A DNA stretch of 64,000 nt. Source: Takakia lepidozioides (Eukaryota; Plantae; Bryophyta). A program made the translations under genes and the position numbers. Of the stretch, positions 1-13,018 are shown in pieces. The DNA lies in the NCBI GenBank assembly GCA_030704615.1, contig CM060734.1:12772001-12836000 (forward strand), in the 5' to 3' direction. Every line of letters begins with the position of its first letter. The stretch's first letter is position 1. The notes beneath the pieces are model-generated. The model was not told where the DNA came from. It searched no databases and saw nothing but the letters and a program-made list of their open reading frames with translations.

Positions 1-369
1 TATTCCTCTTTTATGGCTTTTTTCCGTACTGGATGAGGCATTTTTTTTGGGGATGTTGAATTACCTGTGAGGATGTGAAACCGTTGCTTTGGATGTTAAG
101 TACTGTTTTTTCATCCTACTGACGAACCTTCTCCAACGGATGAACTTATTAACTTTTTCATCTGAACCGGATGAAATATGCAGCTTATTATGGCCTTGGA
201 CTGATGATTAATTACCCTTAATTATGGCTAATTAAGGAGTGAAACCCTTACCCCTACCCTATAACCTACTGTTTAAACCTAGCTAACGGATGACATCCGT
301 CGGGTTTCGAAAAATGTGGTGTTGATTACTCATCCTGCACGGATGAAAAAACGGGCATGAGCCCTAGGG

Positions 370-2249
370 TGTCTCTCCCGCCGCCAGAAGCACTCCTCGT
401 GCTTTTGAGCTCACGGGATTAGAGTTATGGCATCTGCGTTTTGCTGCTACTTGTTTGCTGGCACGACACGGTCTAGACCAGCTACAAGAATGGCTGCTTT
501 ACAGATAGCGAAGTCGTTCAAACCAGAGGATACTCTCAGATTGCCCACCTGTGGGCAAGCTCCTCTGACTCCCTTTCAAGCAGCCTTGGGTAGAAGAAGG
601 CTAACATCCGACATCGATTCCATTGTCAAAAGTATCCCAGACTGCTAGAAACTAATCCTCCGAAACGGTCGGCCCCTGCATTCTCTTCATAGCTGGGTTG
701 TGGCTTCAAGCAAACCCTACTCAGTACTGTATACTACAGAGGTGAAACATGGCATACTAACCGGCTATGCATTCCAAGCGGATACCTTCTCCGGGTTCCT
801 GACACTCTTCTCGCACACTACCCAAAATCTCTGCTGCATAGATGCCCTGCCGGCAAGAATCTGCCAGTGGTCCTCCCCTGCCAAAGATTTCAACCCATCT
901 GCCCCAGAGGGAACACCCCCTTTTCCGTGGCTTCTCTCTGCCTCCTTTGCCTGGATCGGAGGCATGCCTCTCCAGGACCTGCAGATAGACCCTGGAGAGT
1001 GGAAGTGGAAATTTGGTGATACCAAATTGGGATTCTTCTCCTATTCGGCCAAGAGGGCATACAGGGCCCTTGCAAACGCCAAATCCCTGCCGGGCAAATG
1101 GAATGCAAGATGGCTGCATGGAAACTTCCATGAGGAAAATTGGGGAGACATCTGGAAACTCATTTGGGAAAAAACTAAGCCCGCAAAAATTAGTGCCTTT
1201 CTCTGGCAGGTAGCAAATGGGGTGCTCAAGGTCGGACACTTTCTGAATTTCCCTGAGGCCCTGTTGTGCTCATGCTGTCAATCTGGGACCATTGAAACAC
1301 TGGAACACTGCCTCATTCTTTGTCAAGCACCCCGTCTGATATGGCCAGTTATTGACTCATTCTATAGTGCATCATGGGAAGCTTTCCCCTCCAACCAGGT
1401 TGTACTGCTCCTCAACTATGACATGACTACCAAATCCATAGCCATTGACTGTCCGGTCTATGAAGCCTTGAGGGGATACACCCTATGGCACCTCTGGAAA
1501 GCTAGATGTTCCTGGTCCTTGGACAATGTTAACTCCACTGCCACTACTACACTCACAAAGATATTTTTTGATCTTACCATAGCAGCTAAACTTGCTTGGG
1601 AAAAAGTGCGTGCAGGCATCGTCAAATCCCCAGATCGACAGCATGCCCTCCTCAGTTCCTTCAGGGCCACTTGGGGCAGAAACGACATCATCTGCGCATG
1701 CACGGGAGCGGGAGATTGTGTCTGGCCTAGGGATATCCCCCCTCAATGGCAACACCACAGAGCCCTCCTCTTCCGCTTCCCCTGAGTTTGACAAATCGGA
1801 TGTCAACTGGAAGCATGTGAAGACTAGTACAAGGACCAAGTTGCTCTACAGATAGATCTCCCCTCCTCTCCTCCTCTGCACTTAGATTTTCTCTGCTCTC
1901 TACAACGGTTCCATGCAAGGAAAATCTTCTTCAAGGAGTGGTTGGCCCTCCATGCTTGTCTATTATGCACAACGTACCATCAGAGCCTCTTTAAGGGTAG
2001 GCGCATTGGGCTAGGCCCACGTTATTTCTGTTTTCTCGAACTGGTCTTAGTCACCGGTTTGTAATCCGTTTCCTGCTGAAAGTTTCTGCATAACAGTCAT
2101 AGTTCATCGGGATATCCGTCACGCCCTGTCATGTGTTAAGCCTTATGGCAGCCTCCGGGCATCAAAGGGTTTTAATTTATTTCCCTTCAAATAATTCAAG
2201 TAAAGTTCTGAGGCTTCGTCCCTCTTCAAAAAAACAAAAAAAAAACAAA
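370..2249 (+). mobile_element. 5'-truncated L1-type LINE (3' end of ORF2, 3' UTR, poly-A tail)
   Basis: ORF 700-1785 has a zf-RVT signature (WKLIW...KISAFLWQVANG...CSCC...ETLEHCLILC, LWHLWKARC); A-tract at 2228-2249. Confidence 0.85.
700..1785 (+). pseudogene. LINE ORF2 C-terminal region with zf-RVT zinc finger
   Basis: Motifs as above; upstream in-frame stop (IVKSIPDC*KLIL); no RT domain. Confidence 0.8.
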
Positions 2250-3015
2250 TTTCAAGTAAATTTTTTATAAAAAAAAACGACCGTCAATTGTGCGGTTTTA
2301 TTTATTTACTTATTTAATAATTATATAAAACTATGAAGCGGCCGCTACCGTACTGACCTAGCTTATTATGCAATAATTAATTCAAAATCAAGTGCCTAAT
2401 TAAATTTAGAAGATTTTTGGAAAATGTGCCTAAAATTTGGAAAATTTTCCTGAGAAGTGCCTAATTGCTCAAAAATTGTGAAAAACACCAAAATGTGCAA
2501 AAAATGAAAAAATTACTTGCATTTTTTCTCTAGGTGTAATTTATAATTTCATGTCCACACAACTTCGAAAGGGCCCTGCATTCATGCAACTACATCTTCA
2601 TAACTCTCATCACCTATCTCATGTGAATCTTCTGAATCTGAGAGAATGTTAATGTCAGGAACAACATCATCCTCGATATGCATGTTTGCAAGACATCGGC
2701 TCACGCTCTCAATCACATATCAAACATTATGATTTTTAAAGAGAAAATTACCTCAACAATAGTTTTTGAGAGAGGTCAAAAATAATTGTTGAGATAATAT
2801 CAACTTTCAATACCATTATGTTTCTTTACAAAAAAATTACCTCAACAATAGTTTTTTAGGGAGGTCATAAACAATTGTTGAAGTAATATCTATTTTCAAG
2901 ACCATTATGTTCTTTATAAGAAAATTACCTCAACAATAGTGTTTGAGGGAGGTCAAAAATAATTGTTCAGTATTACCTAGATGAGGCACATAAATAATAA
3001 AAACGAATCTGCCTT

Positions 3016-5373
3016 TGAAACTTTGCTTAAGTACATGGCCCATCCCTGAAAAGGGGCACTAGCCACAAGACGAAGTGGCTCTTAGTTATGCCGGCCTCGA
3101 GCGGAGTCTTCTCTTTCAAAACAAAACAAATTCATTTGCCCCCCAAGGACAAGTTCACCTTGTCATCCAATTTTGTTCATTGTAAGAAAAAATCCTCTCA
3201 TGGGTGAACGGCTATTGCACCCATGAACGGATGTGGTTCAAGCTCAACTTTTGCCCGCATATGTGTAACACATGTGCAAAGATTCAATAGAAAAAAAAAA
3301 AACATTTGCCTCCCCAACGACGCACTCACTCCTCAACCAATTTTGAATTAAATCGAATTTTAATGAATTTTAAATACAAAATTGGATGTAGAATGCAGTG
3401 TTTTGCTACATAATGATTTTGTTTTTGGCTCAATTTTGTTTTATGAATTCCAACCCCACACTACTACATCCATGCAAAATTTCGGACCAAACAAAAATGA
3501 AAAAAACAAAAAAAATGTTTTCTTGGGTCGCTATTGCAAAACTCCCTATGAATAGTGCATGAAGTTGAATTCAAATCAACTTTGGATTGCAAATGAGGAC
3601 AGAAAATATGGTTTTGGGTGTAGATGACTTCTGTTCACTCCCAAATTTTGCACGCACATTGCATCTGTCATTAAGCAATGGTTGAAAAATGGAGTTCAAA
3701 AAAATTCATGTGCAGGCGAAACGCAGCTTTCCGTATCTACAACACGTATATGTCCATTCAAAAGGCGAATGAACAGTTGACCATCCAAATGATTTTTGTT
3801 TACTTTCAAACTTTGCCAGTATGTTCAGTATACCATCTGATAGGTCTTAGACAAATATGACATCAATCGAAATTCATTCAAAGGGCGATCGAATCGTCGC
3901 CCATCCAAATGATTTTTTTTTTGCTTTGAAACCTTTGCAAGTATGTTCTGCATACCATCCGGCATGTCCCGGACAAACATGAGATCAATCAAAATTCATT
4001 CAATGGGCCAACGGATGGTTGCCCATCCAAATGATTTTTACTTGCTTTGAATGTCGCGCACCTCACTTCGGTAAACCCCCCGCTAGGTCATAGTTACTCG
4101 CTTCGGTGCGCGCATCAACTCCCAAACTAGCCGCCAGACCAACTCGAAGCTTCGGCTGCTCACCGGGGCATAACGGTCCCCCTTCCTCCCCCTCGGGACC
4201 CTCGAGGTATCGGGCCCAGTGGAATTTCCCTTTGTAGTTGGCAGTCTTGAATAGCTCCCTACACCTTAGTCGCTTTCCGGAGAGGCGCGTTTACTCTCTA
4301 GCTTTTGGTCACATAACTAGAGAGTTGATTGAAATTTTATCTTCTGAAGAGGATTAAGGTTTAGTCTTACAATGTGGCCTCCGTGAATGCTCGTGGACCT
4401 CTCTTTGTCCATAATTTATGAGGCCTCAATCTTGACGGGATTCATTTGCAATGCTTACAATCTAGACTGGTTCTGAAATCTGCACTCTTACAAGCAGCAT
4501 TGGAATTCTGAACTACAGCGACATTGGGTTATGCTTCCACAGATGATGTCTTTCGAAGATGACATCAGGTTGATATTTGAATGAGGTTAATGTTTGGCGT
4601 TGTTTGAGAATGATCCGACAAGAAATTCCGGATGTCCTAATTTGGAATAGTAGGCGCCTCCGCCTCTTTGAATGCCTTTGGCACTCAAGGGTGCTTTAGC
4701 CCCCTTCCCTACTACCACCACTGCCCCCACCACAGGGGCAGCCCCTCTTCTGTCCCGACCCCCCGCCCTCAATGCAAAGGGCCGCGACATTGAAACTTTG
4801 AAACTTTGAAACTTTGCTTAAGTACAGGGCCCACCCTTGAAAAGAGGCAGTAGCCGCAAGGTGAAGTGGCTCTTAGTTATGCCGGCCTCGAGTCGAGTCT
4901 TCTCTTTCAAAACAAAACAAATTCATTTGCCCCCCAAGGACAAGTTCACCCTGTCATCCAATTTTGTTCATTGTAAGAAAAAATCCTCTCGTGGGTGAAC
5001 GACTATTAAACCCATGAATGGATGTGGTTCAAGCTCAACTTTTGCCCACATAGGCTTAAATATATGTGTAACACATGTGCAAAGATTCAATAGAAAAAAA
5101 AACATTTGCCTCCCCAATGACGCACTCACTCCTCAACCAATTTTGAATTAAATCGAATTTTAATGAATTTTAAATATAAAATTGGATTTAGAATGACTAT
5201 GATTGCGGTTTTTTGTTATATAATGATTTTATTTTTGGCTCAATTTTGTTTTATGAACTCAAACCCCACACTACTACATCCATAAAAAAATTCGGACAAA
5301 TAAAAAATGAAAACAAAAAATATTTTCTTGGGTCACTATTGCAGAACTCCCTATGAAGACTGCATGAAGTTGA
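3016..5373. repeat. Direct duplication of a ~560 bp AT-rich unit (3016-3572 and ~4808-5373), with ~121 bp tandem repeats at 3780-4050
   Basis: tgaaactttgcttaagtaca...gtggctcttagttatgccggcctcgag...tgcatgaagttgaa occurs twice; ccatccaaatgatttt recurs at 3781, 3902 and 4023. Confidence 0.85.
4052..4789 (-). mobile_element. Solo LTR of the chromovirus Gypsy family (variant core)
   Basis: TGTCGCG...CGCGACA termini; 5-bp TSD TTGAA at 4047-4051 and 4790-4794; both ends match the LTR at 18056-18782. Confidence 0.92.
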
Positions 5374-6169
5374 AAAAAATCTCCCTGTACCGTGAACGAG
5401 GGATGGCGCCATTCTCAGCTAAGCCCCGTAGTCATGACTAATGCATAGGATTCCGCCATGTTTTCTCCAGCTCTTTGTATTTTCATAGCCTTTTTTAGCG
5501 CTCCCGCTGTTTTAGCCCACCCTATGACTTAGCTCTGATCGCCGCCATGGACATGTCCCATGCTCGCAGCTCTGCTGCGCAGCGTTACTATCGCGCTATA
5601 GCTCAATGTCATCACAATCGGTATTGCCTGACTCTAACACTTCTTTTAAGCCTCGCCGTGCTAGATTCTGCTAAGTTTCTCTTCCTCGAGCCTCAACTTA
5701 CTACTCCCGCCTTATGTCAAACAGCTTAGTTGCATAGTGAGTGGGGCTGCTGCATATACGGCGCTGCCTGCAGAAGTTCTCCTCAAGTGCTGCAAGCTGC
5801 AGCTTTCCACATTTCTTCTGCTCCTCCAACTGAAATCAACACATTATCCTTAGTACTGCACTACATATGGTTGCCTAATATCCTAGTCAATATGATCTTT
5901 CCAGGGCGCTGGAGAACAGAGACTCCACCCTGTCCAACTACATCAAACAACATGTGGTATTCGTTGTTTTCTCAGACCCATGTACAAACAAATACCAATA
6001 AACGCCCTCAACTCACAAACATCCACTGGAATCCATGACATTCTTGTGTCATCAGGAGTGGATGGTGCATCTTTGACTTCTGAAATCTAAATGTGAGGTA
6101 ATGCATGCAAGCTGGCATATTTGCTAGAAGAGAACCAGAGCGGAGCCAAACTAAAAACTGTCTTTTGAG

Positions 6170-6560
6170 ATGCTGGCTCCAAATTGTGTACTCTTGTCCA
6201 AGATGGACCCTAAGGATGATCTGAAGAGCCTACCTACCCTCAGCACTATACTGATATTTGAACTTGGGGCGGAGAGTCTACAGAGAGGAAAGGGAGATTG
6301 TCAATGCCCAATGTGTGGGTGGCCTGAAGACAATAGCCATTTTCTGATACAATATATGGGGTACTCTCATTAGAGATCGACCTCTTCAGAACCATCAAGA
6401 ACATATCCATGCACTTCTGTTCACAAACTTTCAAAATCTTGAGGTTGAGGGGTCTAATTTCTGGGCTCCCACACAGCAGATTGACGCTTGTGTGAAGGGC
6501 TTTCTAGAGGAGATTTGGAAAGCCAAATAATTGTGTATATCAAGGTAAATCCGTGAGCCC
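6170..6560 (+). pseudogene. Decayed LINE zf-RVT fragment
   Basis: LGAESLQRGKGDCQCPMCGWPEDNSHFLI resembles the zf-RVT CxxC...E..H finger. Confidence 0.5.
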
Positions 6561-6913
6561 CTCACAGAGGTAGTGTCCATTCCCTCTTGTTCTGCCCGAA
6601 CTGAGCGCAGGGTCTATGGCCACCAGGCAACGGCAAACAACATCTTGTGAGTACATTCTAATCCAAGATGCCACAGTTTGAGATGAATACATATTACTTC
6701 TCTGTAGCTACAAATCACCTGGCTCTCCAGATGGAAGCATTTTTTCCGTCCACATCTACCCTGAGGACCTCCATAGAACCAGCAAGAGGTAAATGGAACC
6801 TTTTAGTTTCTATGCTACTGTGATAGCTCTGCAAACACAAAGGTAACAATCTCCAAACGTGTCATACCTGCACTAGAAATGCTTTTTGAAGACTTTGGAG
6901 ACTGTAATCATTG

Positions 6914-7672
6914 GATGAGGACATCGACTCCATGTTGGTAGGGGTGTGTGTCGCGGCCCTTTGCCTTGAGGGCAGGGGGTCGGGACACAAGAGGGGCTGC
7001 CCCTGTGGTGGGGGCAGTGGCAACAATAGGTACGGGGGCTGAAGCATCCTTGAGTGCCCAAGGCACTCAAGGAGGCAGAGGCGCTCACTAGGTGGAGCCC
7101 CGCACACCGGGTTACGGTGGGGGTGGTTCCACGAGGGGTGGTGGTCGCTTAGTGGGTCCTAGTGGGGGTGACATAGGATTCACCATGGGGCGGAGACCTT
7201 GTGGTGGGAGTCATGGGGAGTCTTGGGACTCATCACGGTCCATTGGGGCCGTGGTGGGTGGGCCAAGACTCACCGCGACTCATCACCGGCAGTCAAGGGT
7301 CTTCGTGGTGGTTCGCCATAAAAGGACGGTGTTGTTTGTGAAACCCCCGCGGACAGTCACAGAAGTATATATAGGGAGTAGTAACCCCGAGAACGGTGCA
7401 AGCCCGTTGGTGACCAAAAACTAGTGAGTAAGTGTGCGAGCTGGAAAACGACCAAGGTGTGGGGAGCTATTCTGGACTGCCAACAACCAAAGGGAATTTC
7501 CACTAGGCCCAAAGTGAGCGAGGGTCTTGTGGAGGAGCAAAGGGGGACTATTATGTCCCGGTGAGTAGCCGAAGCTCCGAGTTGGCCCGGCGGCCAGTTT
7601 GGGAGTTGGGCGCGTGCATCAAAGCGAGTAACTATGACGTGAGGGGAGCTTACCGAAGTGAGGTGCGCGACA
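6914..7672 (+). mobile_element. Gypsy 3' LTR (6949-7672) with adjacent PPT region only
   Basis: Reverse complement of 18056-18815; gatgaggacatcgactcc..gttggtaggggtgtg precedes TGTCGCGG; ends CGCGACA; no TSD. Confidence 0.9.
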
Positions 7673-7775
7673 TAAAGTGACCGCACAATTGACCGCACAA
7701 TCGTTTTTTTTTTTAAATTTTAAAAATATTAAGCGACCACCATACTGGAGGTTGCAAAGATATATGGGTCACGTT

Positions 7776-8414
7776 CACCAGGCCTACAGTTTGCATTGCC
7801 ACACCAGCCTCATGGTGCCCAACAGAGTTGGGAATAGGCTCCAAATTGAAAGTGGGCTTGCTGTACCCATTGAACTCCATGATGTCAAAGATGTCATCGA
7901 TAGTCTGCGGAAGGCTTTCTTTGTATCTTCAAACATGGCAAGACAAGAATCTCTTCATAAATATAACATAATTCGTTGAGAGTCACACACGTCGCAAAAC
8001 GCAATGTACGTTTGTATCGTCTACGTCCACTTTCCACATACTCATAATTCACATAATACAGCTCCTCATGGCGGCCGTCATCATCTCCAACAGCACCAGG
8101 CCTACAGTTTCCATTGCCACACCAGCCTCATGATGCTCAACAAAGTTGGAAATAGGCTCCAGATCGAAAGTGGGCTTGCTGTACCCATTGAACTCCATGA
8201 TGTCAAAGATGTCATCGACAGTCTGCGGAAGGCTTTCCTTGTATCTTCAAACACGGCAAGACAAGAATCTCCTCATAAATATAATATAATTCGTTGAGAG
8301 TCACACTCATCGCAAAACGCAATGTGCGTTTGTATCATCCACGTCCAGTTTCCACATACACGTAATTCACATAATATAGCTCCTCATGGTGGTCGTCATC
8401 ATCTCCAACAGCAC
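7776..8414. repeat. Tandem duplication of a ~319 bp unit
   Basis: caccaggcctacagttt at 7776 and 8095; both units encode QAYS..HCHTSLM...IIR. Confidence 0.85.
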
Positions 8415-8904
8415 CATGGCTCCAGTGATCATCGCCTCTTGGTTTGCATGAAGATCCCATGTCCACAAGGTTCGAAGTAAGGGTAATCTAGATGACCCCA
8501 CCACCTGGGCTTCCACCTTGTAGCTGTCGAGGTGCATCCCAACGACACATTTCAGGAACTCGCGCACCAACATAAATGTGTCATGTGCTTGTTTCAGCCC
8601 CTACAAAAGTGAAATCATCGGATGTTGTACTTCTCTCTACCATCCTACCTGAGCATGTGCGCGTCGGTTGGTTCCACAGCCAAAGCTGGTTGTGTTGATT
8701 GTTGGTTGTGTTTAATATTGCTGGGTGGACGAAACAACCAATGAGGAACTATTACATAAGAACACCATCCCTCCACCCCTATATATTTGGTGCCGAAAGG
8801 ATTAGGAAAGAAAGCTGGCAGCTTCCACCGGCTTAGTCCAACATTTAAATGTGAAGCCAAATCTTGCACCAAAGAGCTTAGGCTTTCAATTCACGTTTGA
8901 CGTC

Positions 8905-9170
8905 CGACGTTTGGTTTGGTTCCAGGAAAATGGATGAATTGCTGGAGTTTACGGATCTCTCACTTTTCTGCTTCCGGGTGCCCTACCACTTCAAGCACGA
9001 GGCCAGTTTGCTCAAGGTGAAGGTGGACGTGACGTTTGAAGTTCGACGTTCGACGTTTGGTTTGGTTCCAAGAAAATGGATGAACTGCTGGAGTTTACGG
9101 ATCTCTCACTTTTTTGCTTCCGGACGCCCTACCACTTCAAGCATGAGGCCGGCTTGCTCAAGGTGGAGGT
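8905..9170. repeat. Tandem duplication of a ~145 bp unit
   Basis: cgacgtttggtttggttcca.gaaaatggatgaa...gctcaaggtg occurs twice. Confidence 0.8.
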
Positions 9171-10009
9171 GGGTTCCAAAGGCCGGAAAGTTATGAAATA
9201 TTTGATATTCTCTACTCAGTCTTCTTGTACTTGCAAATGAGCTTCTATCTATGGGCATTATGAATGTTGGGGCCAATGTAACCAAGACGACATTTGCAGT
9301 TTGTGAGACACGCAACGCATTCTACCTACAACCAAGCTGGGTGGACGACATGCAAAATGAATGAGCGCACAGACCAGCCATAGTCGGCCACAAGGGTCTT
9401 GAAGGGTGACTGTTTCTTTGAACTTATTGCCATGCTGTTGCACAAACTCTACGAGAAGCTTCTAGACAAACCATAAGGCGAGATTGGATGGCTCCTTGTT
9501 AAAATCAGATAGGCCGATTCAAAACACATCTACATCATAGCATATGATTAGACTGAAATTGAACTAGGTGACTTTGGAAGCCGCACCAGAGTGCAACGAC
9601 TACGATGCCTCGCCGAGTCCTGTTTAAAGCAATTGGAGGTGATCAGAGTTCGGGTAAAGGATGACAATAAATATTGCAGCGGAAATAATAAAAGACGCCT
9701 CCAAGATGAAAACTTGTGAACGTATTTGACAATTCATTCAATTAAGTATTGCTTATTATTATTTTGTAATATTTTATTTAGTACGTTTTTCGGTAAGCTG
9801 TCCCGGTAATTATTCTGCTAATTGCGGATTAATAGCCCTACCGGCAGCCTGATTAGTGAGTTGGCCGTAGATTAGTGAGGTTTGTAGTGTAAACATCAGT
9901 ATGGTTAGGAGTAAGCGGGAAGGATTAGTGATAAGCGAAGCGTGCGGTTTATATTGTGCACAAAGACACGTAGCGTGTAGAACTATCACAGAAGAACACC
10001 ATCCTTGAC

Positions 10010-10935
10010 GGTCGCTTCTTTTTATAATTTCAAAAACTCTTGCAATGTGAGAATAAAGGACGCACGAGTCCTGGTCGGAAGTCGATTTTTTTAAAAATAA
10101 ATAAAAAAACAAAATATTTTCTTTTTTATAAAAAGAAAATAAAGTGACAACACAATCGACGGCCTTTTTTCAAAATTTAAAAACTCATGCGATGCTGAGA
10201 AAATAGCCTGAGCGTAGCGCGTCCATCGGTTGGACGAAGCTCCTTTTAAAAATGAAAGGAAAATGACAATAAGATAAATATTTCAAAAACTCCTGTAATG
10301 TGAGAATACAAGACGTGCGCGTCTGCTCAGAGGTCGATTTTTTTTAATTTGTTTGTAGAAAAAAAAAATCTTTTTTATTTACAAAAAAAAGTGATTGCAC
10401 AATTGACGGCCGCTTCTTTTTTAATTTAAAAAACTCATGCAATGCTGAGAAAATAGCCTGAGCGTAGCGCGTCCATCGGTTGGACGATGCTCCTTTCAAA
10501 AATGGAAGGAAAATAAAAATAAGATAAAAATCTCAAAAACTCCTGCAATGTGAGAATATAGGATGGGCGCGTCCTGGTCAGAGGTCGATTTAAAAATAAA
10601 ATAAAAAACAAAATTCTTTTTTGATAAAAAGAAAGTAAAGTGACAGCACAATTGACGGCCGTTTCTTTTTTTAATTCATGCAAAACTCATGCAATGAGAG
10701 AATATAGGACGTGCGCGTCCTGGTTAGAGGTCGATTTTAAATTTTTTTAAGGAAAAATCAAAATGTTTTCTTTTTATAAAAAGAAAATAAAGTGACCTCT
10801 CAATGGACGGCCGTCTCTTTTTTTAATATAAAAAACTCATGCAATGCTGAGAGTGTAGCGCGTCCATTGGTTGAACCAGGACGCGCGTCTTGTATTCTCA
10901 CATTGCAGGAGTTTTTGAAATATTTATCTTATTAA
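10010..10935. repeat. AT-rich tandem array (~245 bp units) of a dispersed repeat family
   Basis: Repeated aaagtgac.gcacaattgacggccg / aaatagcctgagcgtagcgcgtccatcggttggacg; same family at ~2280, 7675, 57420-57740 and 59350-59920. Confidence 0.8.
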
Positions 10936-11588
10936 ATTTCAAGCAAAAGAGAACCACCGAGATGGGTAGTTACAAGAAACCTCCAGGGGTAGATCCTCAA
11001 CTGGAGGAAGGGGTCACACAGTTGTTTGAATCAGGAACGTCCACTGTGATGAATCCATTTGAGAGAGGACCAAGAGAGGGAGTCCACAAGAAATGTTCTG
11101 GCACCTATAGGGATGTGAGGAAACTATGTAATTGGTCAGATATAAGGTATAAACTTTAAAGCAAGGAGGCATTTCAGCAGATTCAAATGGCTGCAATATT
11201 TTAGTACAACAAAATTTCAGTATTTCAGTATTTCAATCAAGATTTTCAGCAAGTATTTCAATATTTCAATATTTCAGCCAGTTTCTTAGAAGTATTTCAA
11301 GCAAGTATTTTAATATTTCAGCTAGTTCTTCAGCAAGTATTTAAGTATTCCAGTTAGTATTTCAACAAACATTTCAATATTTTAATAATTAGTAAGCCTG
11401 AAGATCAGTGTTGCCATAATATTGTACATCAATATATAATTCATACATCAATAAAGTTCAATCAGGGCCTTTCTATTTTATAAATAAAAATATTTTCCTC
11501 TTATGCAGAACAAATTTAAAATATATTTTGAATATGTGATTATTTATTTCAATATAATATTTTAAGGAAATTTTCTACTTAGAGTCTA

Positions 11589-11708
11589 AGAGTGGAGCCA
11601 TTACGCGACTAGCCGCTTGTTTCTAATAGATAGAGAAAGACTCTATCGTAGGAGGAAAAAGACAATAAGTAAAGAAACAAGCGGCTCGTCGCGTAATGGC
11701 TCCACCCT
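11589..11708. mobile_element. 120-bp MITE with ~36-bp TIRs
   Basis: agagtggagccattacgcgactagccgcttgtttct versus agaaacaagcggctcgtcgcgtaatggctccaccct; flanked by TA on both sides. Confidence 0.8.
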
Positions 11709-13018
11709 TATAAATATATATTGAAGCCCAATCACATAATGTTATATGCAAATTTAATGTAATTATGCAATAATATAAGTCTAGAACAAATTAGTTTTTT
11801 GTTATTCAGTCATTACTCGAAATATAATGATATGTAGGTACATGACTAGGTAGCTTAAACGCAATAAATATTGGTTTGTGATCGCTTCAATATGACTCAG
11901 TAGTTCCAGATATACATTGTTGGTTTGGAGCATTTGTCTCTCTCTCTCTCAAGTTGTGAACCATAGATGGTAGTAGGTGAAATAAATAAATAAACTTGTG
12001 TGAAATAAATTGATCACTAGCCGTAAACATAACTCTTCCATTTACACAAGACCATACAAGTATTAGAAAATGCACATAATTAGCCAAACACACAACAGCA
12101 CAGTTGTCGCCTTCTAAACCTCCATTTTGAGCACTTATAGCCATGTTTTGTGCAAATTCATGAATAGTATGTATGTCATGTAGTTCAAACAAAACTTCTA
12201 TAGAAAAATGAATTTGAAGCATTTCATTTGTTTCGTCATCGGGCATTTGCAAAGATTGAGTAAAATTCTTCATACATCCACGATGCAGCATTGAAGCAGT
12301 TAGAGCATCATGTAGCAAATAAGCAACAAACAATCACCAACAACATATAGATAATTTTGTACACGTTGAAGATGCTCATGTTGCAAGCCTAAATCTGTAT
12401 GTAGACAAGGTTATAAATAAAGTATGTGTGAAAACTAAAAAATAAGTAAAAACTAAATTAATTTAAAATCTATGTAATAATTAGATCAGATAATAAAAAG
12501 ACAACCATTCAAATTATGATATACTTTATAAGCTAAGTAATTTCGATTGTAATTATTAATTTAAAAAAATGTGGCTAAAAAAATGTGATTAAGAATGTAT
12601 GATTAACTTAGTTTGAATATTATAGACTATAGTATGTACATAATACAACACAAATTGTAAATTAATTGAAATATTTAATGTATAGCTTAGAAAAAAAATG
12701 TGTGTTTCTGGATATAGTGCAGAGGTTGGAATGGAACAAATATATCTGAATGGATAAAACTGAAGGGATAAATCTGAAAGGACTGAATATAATCACTGAA
12801 TATAATGGTCAATTTGTATGACCATACAAAAAGAGTCTAACACTTGAAACAATATGGAATAGATGTTACAAGCAATGATGAAAAATATAAAACAAACCAA
12901 AATCGTAAACACAAAATACTAATATAAAAAAATGATATATTGTCGAGTCAAAGATACAATCAAAATGTTATCATATATCTAAAAAAACAGCTGTGAATGA
13001 ACATGATGAACTAAAGGA

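Noticed and set aside
240-285. Telomeric repeat (aaaccct-like)
   Set aside because: Only two or three degenerate units; not a TTTAGGG array
6862-7698. Short ORFs overlapping the LTRs (also 4587-4790 and 18217-18944)
   Set aside because: GC-rich LTR sequence that is open by chance; no protein motifs
9380-9430. Possible DRM C-terminal GLEG...FFE fragment
   Set aside because: Too short, needs a frameshift, and has no neighbouring DRM motifs
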